In this document: in pieces, positions 51,682-64,000 of the stretch
Layout of the letters: every line of letters begins with the position of its first letter
Position numbering within the stretch: position 1 is the stretch's first letter
Assembly (NCBI GenBank): GCA_010405405.1
Contig: MU004241.1
Location: forward strand, 855,373-919,372
Direction: 5' to 3'
DNA length: 64,000 nt
Source of the DNA: Microthyrium microscopicum
Lineage: Eukaryota
Position numbers and translations under genes: made by a program
Notes under the pieces: model-generated
What the model saw: only the letters and a program-made list of their open reading frames with translations
The model's database searches: none
What the model was told of the DNA's origin: nothing

Positions 51682-53315
51682 ATGGCACTCAACGCAACTG
51701 AGCTCCAAAATCCAGCATGGCTAAACCATGGTGACAATGCCTGGCAAATGACTGCCAGTTCACTTGTCGCTATGCAGTCAGTGGTATGTATTACTTGCTC
51801 TCGAAAGCAATCTCACATTTCTTGAATATATCTAACCATCGAATAGCCTGGTCTCGTTATTCTCTACGGCTCGTTGGTCAAGACAAAATGGGCCATCAAC
51901 TCCGCTTTCATGTGCTTCTACGCATTCGCTTGCGTTATGGTCTGCTGGGGCGTCTGGGCATACCAAATGTCATTTGGCGCTCAAATGATTCCCGGCCTCG
52001 TTGGAATTCCACGTCCTATCCTGAGCTCAATGTCCGAGCTTAAGCAGGTAAGAAATTCCGGCTCTGATCTGGCAGCTGAAAGCTAACGCATTGTGATTAG
52101 GCCAACATCCCATCCGCCAATCTTACTCCAGCATTCCCAATGGCTACATTAGTCTACTTCCAGTTCGTCTTCGCCGCCATCACACTCATCCTAATCGCCG
52201 GTTCTCTGCTCGGTCGCATGAACTTCAAGGCATGGATGCTGTTCGTTCCTCTCTGGCTCACTTTCTCATACACCGTTGGTGCATATGTTATGTGGGGAGG
52301 TGGCTGGGCTTTCCAGCGTGGTGTTCTTGACTTTGGTAAGCTTGCTATTGACCCGAACCAAAATCAAAACCCCGAGAGCTAACGTAAATCAGCTGGTGGA
52401 TATGTCATCCACGTCAGCTCCGGTACTGCTGGTTGGGTCGCCGCTTGGTGGGTCGGCCCACGTCTGCAGCGCGATCGTGAGAACTTCAAGGCCAACAACA
52501 CTCTCCTTTCGCTAGTCGGTGCCGGTCTTCTCTGGATCGGCTGGAACGGTTTCAATGGTGGTGCTCCTCTCTCCGCCGGCCCAGACAGCTCGGCTGCCGT
52601 TCTCAACACCAACCTCACAACCGCCATGTCTCTGCTCGTCTGGACTAGTCTCGACATGATCTTCTTCAAGAAGCCATCCGTCGTTGGTGCCATTCAAGGC
52701 ATGATTACAGGTCTTGTCGCCATCACTCCCGCTGCTGGTAAGTCCCCTTGCAAACATCATTGCCCAAGATAGCCAACTAACAATTACTCAGGCTTCGTTG
52801 CTGGCTGGGGCGCTCTCATTCTCGGTGTCTTCAGCGGCTCTGTCCCATGGTTCACCATGAACTTCGTCGGTCATAGAATGACCATGTTCAAGAGCGTTGA
52901 CGACACCCTTGGCGTCGTACACACCCATTTGGTCGCCGGATGGCTCGGTGGTCTCCTCGTCGGCATCTTCGCCACCTCCGAAGGCGCCCTCTCTTTCGCT
53001 GCCCTCTCCACTGGTGGTGCCATCACCGGCAACGGCGTGCAAATCGGCTGGCAACTCGCCGCATCCAGCTTCATCATCGGCTGGAACGTCGTCATGACTA
53101 GCTTGATCTGCATGTTCATTAAGTACGTTTGCAGAATCCCACTGCGCATGACCGAGGAGGAATTGCTTGCAGGTGATGATGCCGTACACGGCGAAGCTGC
53201 TTACTTTATGAGCGATGACCCAGAGGTCACATCAGTCATGCCATCCAAGATCATGGGTGAGGATGTCGAGGGCGGATATGCTAGCCATGCTGGATCTGAT
53301 AAGGTCGTTTCTTAG
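51682..53315 (+). CDS. Ammonium transporter, MEP-alpha/plant AMT2-like, 5 exons
   Basis: [65 protein letters not shown] and [10 protein letters not shown]. Introns 51784-51846, 52048-52100, 52336-52392 and 52738-52791. Confidence 0.95.
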
Positions 53316-54007
53316 ATGGTTTAGCGTGTTCGTGTTTGCTGTTATGTTTGTTTTTTATCAAAGTTGCCCGTCGCCGTCGCTACTGTTGTAAAAGTTAGAC
53401 TTTGGATGGTTATCATGGGAGATGAGCAGCGCATTTGTGGATACCCATTAAACACTTTTAAGTACTACTTCTAATTAGAAATTCTATCGGGCCAGTCCCA
53501 GCTGAAGCCTCAATTTGCACAACGTTTTTATTCTGCTCGTTTTCCTTGAGAACCAACAACCCAAAGATTCTTATCAGTAAACAACATGTTATTTTGGATT
53601 GAGTAGAGGTGTTCCCTTTACTCTCGTTGAATGTTGTTATTATAGCTGGAAAACCTTCTTGATTATCTAGCGAAATATGATCCCTAGCAATTCTAGGTTT
53701 TCGGTGTCTACGTATTGATCTGGACGATGGAAGTGATTACAGACGCTGGGAAGCCGCTGGCCAAAGCAATCGAAGTGAGTTGTTTAGTTCATGCAAGGAA
53801 CAGAAGCATAACTATAGCGCCGACTATGGAGATTTGGCTTTCTCCACGCCCAAGATACGACGCCAAGGTATTGTTAGATCCAAGCATTCACCAAGAAGTA
53901 GTACTAGTGCCGAGATTTGGCAAGGCGCAAGTTCTTGATATACATGGATTGTAGTATTATCATCGTTAGCATGCTTGTCCACTCATCAAATACAAGTATG
54001 ATCGTGC

Positions 54008-54901
54008 CTATATCTTGCCATCCTCAGATTTACCATCCTGCTCTCCTCTTTTTTCTAGTATCTTGTCAATGATGCCGAGTTCCAGTGCTTCCTGTACACC
54101 CATAAATCTGTCCCGCTCCATCAACCTCTCAATCTCATCAAGTGTATGTGGCTTCGTCATATGCCGCTGATATATTTCATTCAGTTGTTTCCGTACTCGA
54201 AGAATCTCTTTCGCGTGGATGGCAATGTCTGATGCTTGCCCAAAATAGCCACCACTTGGCTGATGGACCATGACGCTAGAGTGTGGAAGAGCGAATCGAG
54301 AACCTGGTGTGCCGCCGCAGAGAAGTAGAGAGCCCATTGAGGCTGCTTGTCCCATGCATATTGTGACGACATCGGGGGAGATGTAGGCCATTGTATCGTA
54401 GATGGCGAGACCTGTGGGTGCAGCATTAGCTTAATCCGCATGGAGCAGAGGACGCAGCATACCAGCTGTGACAGAGCCGCCTGGTGAATTTATGTAGAGG
54501 TTTATGGGCTTGTCGGGGTTGTCGGCTTCGAGGAAGAGTAGTTGGGCGACTATTGAGGCGGAGGTTTCTTGATCGACTTGGCCATTGAGGCAGATGATGC
54601 GCTCTTTTAAGAGGCGGGAGAATATATCGTCTGGCGCATATTAGCAGGCTGGTGCATCTAATGTTGCTCGATCATACATGTATGCCATGCTCCTCCCTAA
54701 TCAATTAGCATTTATAGTCTCCTGAATTGAGGCAATGCGTACCACGGTCTCAGTAACATAGGGCGTCGGTGACCATCCTCTCGGCGGAGACACTGGCGGC
54801 GCATCCGAGATTGGACCACTGTATGTTGGCTTTGAGATATGACGAACGTGTCTTGGAGAGTGTAGTATTTGGCGCCAGTGCCGTGATATTATTCTAGACA
54901 T
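54008..54901 (-). CDS. CLPP: Mitochondrial ATP-dependent Clp protease proteolytic subunit
   Basis: [43 protein letters not shown] and MERDRFM; presequence and three introns. Confidence 0.95.
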
Positions 54902-55051
54902 TGTGTAGTTTGTTGTGGTGGAAGGAGAGCTCCTGCGCTGGCGTCAAAGGTTGACGTTGGAGCTTTATCGATAAGACTTCGAAATCTTTAACAGCGCGTC
55001 TCCTTTCGGACCTTCAACACTCTTCATACAACTCCGACCAGTACAAATGGC

Positions 55052-56333
55052 ATGACATCCTCTGTCCGGCGATTGAACAACGCCTTGAATTATCTCCACC
55101 CTCCCAAATATATATTAGCCTCCCTTGTGAGACTGTGCCGACAATATGGCGCTTCTCCTTCGGAACCTGCGTCCTCAACACCATCACCATCATCAACCGA
55201 TGAACAGCAGGTGATTCCAAACCAAACCTTCCACCAGCGCAAACATGGCAATAAACCACTCCCACTCTCCTCCTTTCTCGACCCAGGCCGCATCTCCCAG
55301 CGCCAAAGAGTCCGCAACCGTCTCCCCAAACCAGCACCACCGCCCATCGCAGACCTCTCCACCTTCCGCCAAAAGTTCGCGCGCAATCCCTACGGTATTC
55401 TTCACTCCCTCCCTTCTTTCTAAAACCCACTAACTAGACAAAGCGAACCTCCTCGCAACTCCTCCCCGCTTATGTCCTATAACAGCCACCCTAGTGCCCT
55501 CCGCCATGCTAATAACCCTCCACGCCCTCCCCTCTCCAAACCCGCCGCACGCCAAAATACTCACGCCTCTCTCGCTCTACGCACATCTCTCCAAGACGCG
55601 TATTCCCGCCTCTGCACCAGTCGTGTACATCGTCCCATCACGCTCTCTGCTCGCTTCCTGGTCTGAACTGGCACAAGTCAAAAATGCGTCCGCGGCGGCT
55701 ACGTGGACGCGCACGCATGCTATGCCGCCGCCAGGTCTGCTTAACGCTATCGATGAGCTTATGCGCCGACGTGTAGAGCGTGTGCTTGGCTGGCATTTGA
55801 GACGGGGTGGTGCGCTTGTACGGCTGCGGGATGCGCCGCACGGGATGGGGAAGACAAGGCCGGGTCTGCTGGAGTGGATTATGGCGAAGCTCAAGGGCCG
55901 AAAAGACGATGAGATGCCTGAGGAAGGTTTTGTAGCGTTGTTATATTTCGGTGGGCGCATGCAGCGAGAGACTGTGACGAGGCTGGAAATGCGCGTGGAG
56001 GATATTGCAGAGAGAACGGACAAGGCTGTGCGGCGGGTGATGGTTGGAAAGATAGCAGTGGGGAAGAGAGTGCTGGCGAGAGGGAATCCGAAGGTGGTGT
56101 ATACGCCGGTAGAGGTGCCGGTCATGGAAGTGGGTGGGCGGAAGGTGCCAGTGCTGTCAATGGTTGATTTGTTGGGCGAGGAGCGGGCGGAGGAGATAGT
56201 CAAGGGCACGAGATACGAGGGAGCCTCCTGGGTAGCGATCAGGGAAAGACCGGCAGCTGTAGATGTTGGCGCGTTACTCGAATGTGCATGGTGGTTCAAG
56301 GAGCGAGTGATACAGGGGGGTGATGTAGTATAA
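55052..56333 (+). CDS. Conserved fungal hypothetical protein, probably mitochondrial, 2 exons
   Basis: Intron ~55395-55443 joins ...FARNPY to ANLLATPPRLCPIT...; Arg-rich N-terminus. Confidence 0.6.
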
Positions 56334-56463
56334 GACGCTGGTGCAGCAGCGATGTATCATAGAAGCATTGTATAATAGCGCTATGCATTGACGGCCTACA
56401 TTTATCTAATACACACAAGGAACAACAATACTCAATCGTTTCTTTTTGCGTTTCGCAATGACA

Positions 56464-58853
56464 TCAAATGGCATTGACCTGTTGTCGAGAGTCTCGCAAC
56501 TTGGTGAGCTTCTCAATCGCTTCATCTAAAGGAATCAGCTCGCCCTTGGACTGCTTCTCCTGGTCATCGCGATTGCGAATATTTACTGTGCGAGATTTCA
56601 TCTCTTCAGCACCCACCACTAGCGAATATTAGCATCCGGTCTGCAATTTACGGTCAGAAGTGACTTACCAAAGATAAAGTTATACTGGGCCAATTGACCA
56701 GTACGAATCTTCTTCTGCAATGTATTGCCAGAGATATCACTGTCCACATGCATACCCTTCTCCCGGAAGATCTTCTGCACCTCTAGCACGTACTCATTCG
56801 CTGAAGGCATCACTGGTACCACCAAAATCTGCCGTGGACTGAGCCAGAAGGGCCATTTGCCGGCGAAATGTTCGATCAGAATGCCAAGGAAACGCTCGAA
56901 TGAGCCGTAAATTGCACGGTGGATTATAATGGGACGGGCGTAGCCAGGTTGAAGCGGCTTGATCTTGAAAATACCCTTTGCTTCGTCTGCCTTCTCAGCA
57001 GCTTCCTTCTCCGCAGCTGACACAACTGTCTCTTCGGGTTTGACGGGCGCAACACTTTTGTCAGCGGACTTCTCCGCAGGCTTTTCTGTCTTTTCTCCAG
57101 TAATATATGTGAGGTTGAAGCGCTGTGGTAGCTGATAGTCGAGTTGGATAGTGGCACATTGAAAATCTCGGCCGAGTGCATCACCAACAGTGATATCTAT
57201 CTTGGGCCCGTAGAAGGCACCATCACCAGGGTTGAGTTCCCATGATGATGTGCCGCTTTTGCAGAACTCGTTTAGAGAGTCTGTGAGCATCTTCTCAGCT
57301 TCGTCCCAGGTCTCGATTTCGCCGAGGAAGTTGTCTGGGCGTGTAGAAAGCTTCATCTTGAATGTGAGACCAAGTGTTCCATACACAGTCTCAAAGAAGT
57401 TGAACATATTGGCCATCTCTGCACCAATCTGATCTTGCATACAAAAAATATGACAGTCATCCTGAACAAAGCGTCGTACTCGGGTCAGGCCACTTAAAGC
57501 ACCGGATGCCTCGTTTCTGTGCAAAACGCCAAATTCCGCAATTCGCAAAGGGAGATCATGGTATGTTCGATTGGTGAAAGCAAACAAAAGGCAATGTCCG
57601 GGACAGTTCATCGGCTTCAGACCCCACTTATCTTTATCAACGTCCAATACAAACATATCGTCCTGATAATGTTGCCAATGGCCGGACTGCTTCCAAAGAC
57701 TTGCATTGTACATGTTTGGACTGGAGACCTCTGTGTATCCGCGAGTCCAGTATTCGGATCGGATGAAAGACTGGAGAGTGTTGAAGATGGACATGCCATG
57801 TGGTAGGAGAAATGCTGAGCCAGGTGACATATCATGGAAGAAGAAGAGTTCTTGATCTTTGCCAATTCTACGATGGTCTCGTCTAGCGGCTTCTTCTAGC
57901 ATCTTAAGGTGGGCATCCATTAGTTTCTTGTCCGGAAAGGACACGCCGTATATTCTCTGAAGTGAGTCGTTTTTGGCATCACCCAAGAAGTAGGACGCTG
58001 AACTTCTCATGACCTTCATGACCTTGATACGGCCTGTGTGGGGAACGTGAGGCCCCCGACATAGATCGATAAGTGGACCACATCTGTATACTGTAGTAGA
58101 TGTACCATCAGCGATCTTGTCCTTGATGATGTGTTGCTTGTATCTGTTGGACTTGAACATTTCCAGCAAGTTCTCCTTTGATAGTGTCAACCGAACAAAG
58201 GGCTGCTTTTCCTTGATCACTTTGTTGGCAATTCTCTCCAGCGGCTCCAGATCCGTTTCCTGAACAGCAGCTCCTTCAGGCAGAGACATCTCGTAGTAGA
58301 ACCCATCGGAAATTGGAGGTCCGATGCAGAGATCACAGCCGAATCTCTTCTCCGAGGCTTCTCCCAGAATATGAGCACTTGAATGCCAAAAGACTTGCTT
58401 TCCTTTAGGGTCATCAAAATCTAGCAGCTTGAGTGTGCAATCCGTCTCGAGTGGGCGGTCCAGATCCCAAAGCTCACCGTCGACCTCTGAAATCACCAAT
58501 CTCTCAAACAGCGACTTGCTAATATCTCGCGCAATTGATCCTGGTGTAGTCTCATATGAAGTAGCGACTCTGATGTTGCCATCTGGCATGGTGACTTGAA
58601 TATCCTTTCTTGGTTTTTTCGCGTACTCGGCGTCTTCCTCTGCCTTTAACTTTTCGAACAATTGAATTCGGTGATCGAAATATGGTGGAGGTGTTGAAAG
58701 TTCATCCTGTCCACCTGGAGCGGCACTCTTTTTCTTCTCTTTCTTTTGCCCTTGTGGTTTTTGGCCTTGCTGTTTTGGCGGTTTGTCGCTTGTGGCCAGA
58801 TTCTTGACATTCTCCGCCAATTGCTTGACCGAGTCTCCAATTGCTCCTGCCAT
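56464..58853 (-). CDS. THS1: Threonyl-tRNA synthetase, cytosolic, 2 exons
   Basis: TGS domain, [32 protein letters not shown] and [11 protein letters not shown]; intron 56668-56619. Confidence 0.97.
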
Positions 58854-58936
58854 GTTTAGGTTTTGATAGTGGGGCCTCTGGTCGTCAATTGAATATTGAT
58901 GCGCCTCACACTGAACTTATAAATGATTTGGGGGGA

Positions 58937-58943
58937 TGAGTCA
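58937..58943. promoter_or_regulatory. Gcn4/CpcA (AP-1) site TGACTCA upstream of ThrRS
   Basis: Perfect TGAGTCA ~85 bp upstream of the ThrRS ATG. Confidence 0.55.
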
Positions 58944-59302
58944 CGTTAAGGAGGCAGTGAGAGCTGGTAGGCTCGTATCGTGATAAACCTTGGGTATGCG
59001 CAGTGAGCTCTGGCAAATATGCCCAGTTCAAGGTCCAGTCATCAAATCCGACCTCAATTAAATGTTGCCGCACCCTAGCCTTCCTTGATATGGAGCTTGG
59101 ACCAGGTGACTGTGGGGGAAGGAGCTCTCTAAGTTTCGATCTTTTGGGTTAGCCTCGGTCCAACCTTTTTCCGAGTCTTCCCTGTCAAGACCCGCCAATC
59201 AGCTACTAGCTCTGCCTGCATAACTCAAAAGCTGCGACGAAATTTCTACTACACCACCAACGACAATTTCTACGAATAAACCGACATTACCAGCCCACGA
59301 AT

Positions 59303-60063
59303 ATGTCTTTCCGCGGTGGCAATCGAGGTCGCGGCGGCGGTAGCTTTGGCGGTGGCTTCTCTCGTGGTGGTGGTCGCGGTGGTGGTATGTGCTATTTTCT
59401 CACAAGAACTTTTTATCTCGACTAACAGGTACAGGACGAGGAGGTTTCCAAAACAGCTATGGCCCACCAGACCAGATCTTAGGTACGTCTTTAGTACAAA
59501 CTCTCATAGCGCGTCTTACTGACTATCTATCAGAAATGGGTACCTTCAAGCACGACTGTGAAGGCGAAATCGTCTGCGAATCTATCAATACCAAAATTCC
59601 TTACTTCAACGCTCAGATCTTCCTCGAAAACAAGACTCCAATCGGAAAGGTCGAAGAGGTCCTCGGGCCAATCAATCAAGTCTTCTTCACTATCAAGACC
59701 CAGGAGGGCATTCAAGCAAGCTCCTTCAAGGCTGGCGACAAGTTCTATATCGGCTCCGACAAATTACTACCACTAGAAAAGTTTCTCCCTAGACCTAAGC
59801 CACCACCAGGATCAAAACCTCCCAAGCGCGCTGGTGGACGTGGTGGTGCCCGCGGTGGACGAGGCGGCTTTGTGCCCCGAGGCCGTGGTGGGTTTACTCC
59901 ACGAGGACGAGGCGGTGATCGCGGCGGAAGAGGTGGCTTTGCTCCACGCGGACGAGGAGGATTTGGCGACCGTGGTGGACGTGGAGGATTCACACCGCGT
60001 GGCAGAGGCGGATTTGGCGGCGATAGGGGTGGTCGCGGAGGTTTCGGTCGAGGTCGAGGATAG
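59303..60063 (+). CDS. GAR1: H/ACA snoRNP subunit Gar1
   Basis: RGG-rich termini and core [27 protein letters not shown]...[11 protein letters not shown]; introns ~59385-59434 and 59483-59533. Confidence 0.96.
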
Positions 60064-60417
60064 ACGCTTCTTATCTACTGCTCCTGTTTATTCTTCTTAT
60101 CCTGGCTGGGTGCTTGTTCGGCGTTCTATATTATGGTTTCTGGACGGTATGGTCATGTTTGGGTCTCTTGTTCGATACCATTCATCTTGATGTACGACTG
60201 CAATGTCGACATGAGGCTAATCAATCCTCTTTACGACTAATGTCAGAGATATACTCTCATCATTTCATCGGACATGAGTGTAATGTGGCACAGGCTCGGC
60301 GTGAACCATTCTTAATTCTACGCATGCACACTCCTTGTCTATTCACCAACGTCTGTCATATCATTGGCAATGCTGATGCTATTCGCTATCGTCTCATCAT
60401 AAAAACTTCTGGTATAT

Positions 60418-63126
60418 CTATCGCTTCACCCCATAAGAATCCCCGTTTTGCACTAACGTTGACTCCTCAACCATACTCTGCAGACATCCCCTCAACTCCG
60501 TCTCGCCAAAGTTGAACCCGCCAGGCAATGCCATCTTCAACATCATCAAGATGCGTGCCAGCGGCATACTGCCCATATTCGTCACCATAGCCACAATAAA
60601 CGCCTTGTACGTGTCCATGTTCTCCTCAAACACATCTTGCGCTGTCTTCACTGCCGACACCTCCTCCTGAGCCTGCGCCGCTGGTGCTTTGCCGCGAGTG
60701 CCCTCCTCTGCGAGCACCTCGATGACAGTATACAAGCCCGGCGTGCTAGCACTTTCTTCAAGAACTTGCTTGCTGGCCCAGAACGCCACCGCGTTCCGCA
60801 CCAGTGGTTCCTCCATTTCCAGCTCTTCGGCTAGCTGCTCGATAGATTTGGCGACTGGATTCGCGGCATCGCCACCATCAAATGCGTATACCACGCTTGC
60901 CACCCATGGTGGCACACTTTCACTGACTACACGATCTTCGAACACCAACTCCACAGTCGCACGACCAAGCGCGGGTATCCACTTGAGTTTCATCATGTTC
61001 TGATGCTGTTCAAAACCTTCTGCGTACTTTGCAAGCAAGTCCTGTACGGGTGGCGGCACACGAAACTCATCGTCGCGCAGTTCAGGCCAAAAGAATGCAG
61101 ACAAGATCTGCGCTGTCAATGCACCACCGTCCGTATGCGCAAATGCAGCACTTTCCAAGATCTTGCGCGTCAATCGCCGCGAGTTTGCAATGTCTTGCAG
61201 CATGACATCGCATGCCTGAAGCTTGTCATCGCCAAACCGGCTTTTGAACAACTCGAGCAATCTTGTCTCTCGCTCGAGATGCACATCTGCTGTGGACCGT
61301 AGTAAGTGCTCACCGAGGATATTGCGCAGGACTGATACGAATTGCTCCTTGTCATATAGGCTAAGTAAATGGGCTATGGCGTCCGACGAGTCGGCACGGC
61401 GAAAATCTGGGCTTGCATCAGTCGGTTGCGGTTGGTAGGCCATGTTATCAAAGTCGAGATCGGGGGCGTGGCGGTGTATGTCGCTGGCGGGCGCGATTGG
61501 TTTGGCCATTTCATCAGCAATAGCGCGCGAGACGTCGGGCGAGGAGCGGATGGACTCGTCGGCAAGGTCGGCGAGCATGGAGGCGATGATTATGCGGGCG
61601 GTGTCGGTGCGGGATTTGAGGTACTTGCGGATGGGTCGTGAAACATTGTCGAGGAGGACGCCCCGGGTGTCAATGGTCGTGAAGGCTTGAATAATGATCA
61701 TGTATATGTCGAGGATGTGTTTGGTGGTGGCACCTGCATGGAGAAGCCGACGCTCTACATCTTGTTGGAAGTTTACGGTTAGATATTTGCGTGCTTCGGG
61801 GGTCTTGATATATCCCTAAATCTTGTTAGAGGCTTCTCCAGATCTGGTTATAGGTTCATACTTTGATGTCGAGTATCGCACCTTGCGACTCTGGCCACCG
61901 GCATATATAGGTGAATAGATTGGCAATTCTTGATCGACCAAGCCATGACACAGCCAAATCCGTCCAACGTTTGACTTCCTCGTCCATGGATGGATTGGCT
62001 ACGCCAGTCAAAGCAGATACTGCTCTTTTAATGAACGGCGCTAGTGCTTTGTCCACCCATATCATGAGCGAGGTAATGACAGGAGTTCTATCATCCCAGT
62101 CAACTCCCATCCAGTTTGATTGGACGAACTGAACAATAGCTTCTTCAATTGCACGAGCAAATGCACGCACTGCTGGACCATCTCCAAGACCAACACCTCT
62201 CAGATTCTCGAAGAGTTGCAACAGCTTGAGACTAGATTCGTAGTCGATATCGTACTTGGCGTCGTCCTCATGAAAAGATTCAGTGTGTAAGCGGAATGTC
62301 CGAGTGCACGATCTGAGAGTGACTTCCGTAAGACCTTTGTAAAAGTTGTCTCCGGGTATGCTGTCTATAAAGATCGGATGCAAAGATTTGGATAGTTTGT
62401 TACGGAGTTTCGCTATCACCCCCGATAGCTCATTTTGGTCATGCATTGCGTTTCCTTGTTGGAAAGCAGAAACCAACGCTGGAACCATATATTCGGTTAC
62501 TGGAAATGAATAAATCTGCTGGCTATAACTTAGAATTTCACCAGTTTTTTGCAGTCGAGGTATAATATTCTCGAGGGAGTGCTAGACATATGGTTAGATG
62601 AACGCTCATTCTAGTAATAGAATGGACATACTTTAGACCATAGTCGAGTTAGACAAGGTCCAACTACGTTGTGAAAGTCTGCGCGAATCGCAGTTGTGTA
62701 CCATTCAACCTGATTTTATTAGCCACGTCGATTGCAGCGACTGCACGAGCTTACGATGTCTTCATCTGGACCCAATCCTTCCGGCCAGTCCAGCAACAGG
62801 AGCTCCAGCGATGCACCAATACCTCTTGGGGCATTATTGGAGATCTTTCGAGTAATTTGTTGCACACCATCAGCCGATAGCACTTCCTCTGAGAGAGCAA
62901 CATTTTCAAGAAAACGTTTGCAGTCACTAATGGCAGTAAGTCTTTTTGAGTGTGAGTTCTCATCGGCTTTGAGAGAACCTAGAGTGGCTTGTGGACCGCC
63001 AAAGGATTCTCCTTCGGATGAGAAGCCCAACTGTGGGGTAGAGAGCGGCGTGGGCGCCGTCGACGACGGTGAAGGGAATAGAGAGTCGAAGGCAGCCATA
63101 CTGGTCCCACCTACTATGGTAGCCAT
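60418..63126 (-). CDS. APC2: Anaphase-promoting complex subunit 2 (cullin-homology)
   Basis: RRLLHAGATTKHILDIYM, IDTRGVLLDNVSRPIRKYLKSR, LQACDVMLQD, ILSAFFWP and a C-terminal WHB-like domain; three introns. Confidence 0.92.
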
Positions 63127-64000
63127 AAAACAATAATCCTCAATTCAACTGCCCCATATGCTCGAAATCCACGCAAGCTCTAACGGGTTCATGGATGGAT
63201 GCCAGCCAGAATTCTGATAAAGTTGTGTCCAGCCGTGGAGAAAGTTCGTCGAAGTATGCAGTGCTGAAGCCTTACGAGTTGGCAATAAGAGGCTACAAGA
63301 CGATCTTGGGTGTTTCCTTATATTCAGCAATGTAGGTCGAGCTTGTGTGAATTTCGAATAGATCCTTAGACGCGTCTGATAAACTCGCGATAGGCGCGTG
63401 TTCACGTGTCAAGGAAGTGATTCTCAACTTCTGCGCTTGTACCTGCCCAATCTGGTATCTTGTTTAGCTTTACAAAGAACCTCCTTTCTTTGACATGCAC
63501 CACGTTTTCACCACGCATCAAGAACTGTTGGCGCCAAGTAAAGACGGGATTCCTTTCTCAGCTCATTTTCAAAACGATAGAACACTAACATGCAAAAATT
63601 GTGCAGACGGGGCGCCAAAGGCAGCGCGATCGACTCTAACAACATCTTGATCTGCACACTAATACGTAGTATCGGACGATAAAACTGGTGCTTTTTTTTA
63701 TTATGGCCAGGCCAACGCCAAATCTGGAACAGCCTTTCAAGGCCAAGTTGATTGTTCTTGACGTTGAAAGTGCCAATTACGTTGAACCAATAATCATGCC
63801 AAAGAAATCGTTGCGATTGAATTCACAAAGCAAAAATGGCCCGTAAATGGCTTTCTTTGATCCAAGTTCCGATACTTCCTTTGTTGAAATCCCAAAAGCA
63901 TCCATGATGTGTATCAATCTCGTACACCTGTACTTCTCGGGTAGCCTTTACCCTTCGAATATATTATTCTTTTATCAATACTCATTCTCTGAGCAACACT

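Noticed and set aside
55577..56299. 240-aa minus-strand ORF
   Set aside because: Antisense shadow of the G-rich half of the + strand gene; low-complexity Ser/Thr sequence.
58854..59000. Possible upstream mitochondrial targeting extension of ThrRS
   Set aside because: An in-frame TAA lies ~22 codons upstream with no ATG between, and the intervening peptide is not presequence-like.
34652..60063. H/ACA snoRNA and GAR1 in the same window as a functional cluster
   Set aside because: They are ~25 kb apart with unrelated genes between; likely coincidence.

Overview
This is a eukaryotic, gene-dense fungal window from a filamentous ascomycete (Pezizomycotina). The evidence is short GT-AG introns with CTRAY branch points, a Zn2Cys6 transcription factor and typical fungal gene families; Dothideomycetes is only a guess. 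About 25 intron-containing genes were reconstructed by hand. Housekeeping genes include histone H1, ARP4, NOG2, ClpP, ThrRS, GAR1, APC2, a probable Ame1/CENP-U and a probable mS26. Transporters are a His-rich ZIP, a TRI12-like MFS and a plant-AMT2-like (MEP-alpha) ammonium permease. Other genes are a glutaminyl cyclase, a GH95 fucosidase and a microbial rhodopsin. Highlights: (1) a scytalone-dehydratase-like/SDR/MFS trio whose two promoters share a near-identical CGG-palindrome motif; (2) a rhodopsin with an unusual DTN motif and altered retinal pocket; (3) an snR191-like H/ACA snoRNA inside a NOG2 intron; (4) a lineage-specific protein with five SAP-like domains built from 150-bp tandem repeats; (5) a ~177-aa dibasic-site/Ser-Thr-rich insert in the GH95; (6) a kinase pseudogene; (7) a GC-AG intron. 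All calls come from manual reading and remembered motifs; no database searches were run.
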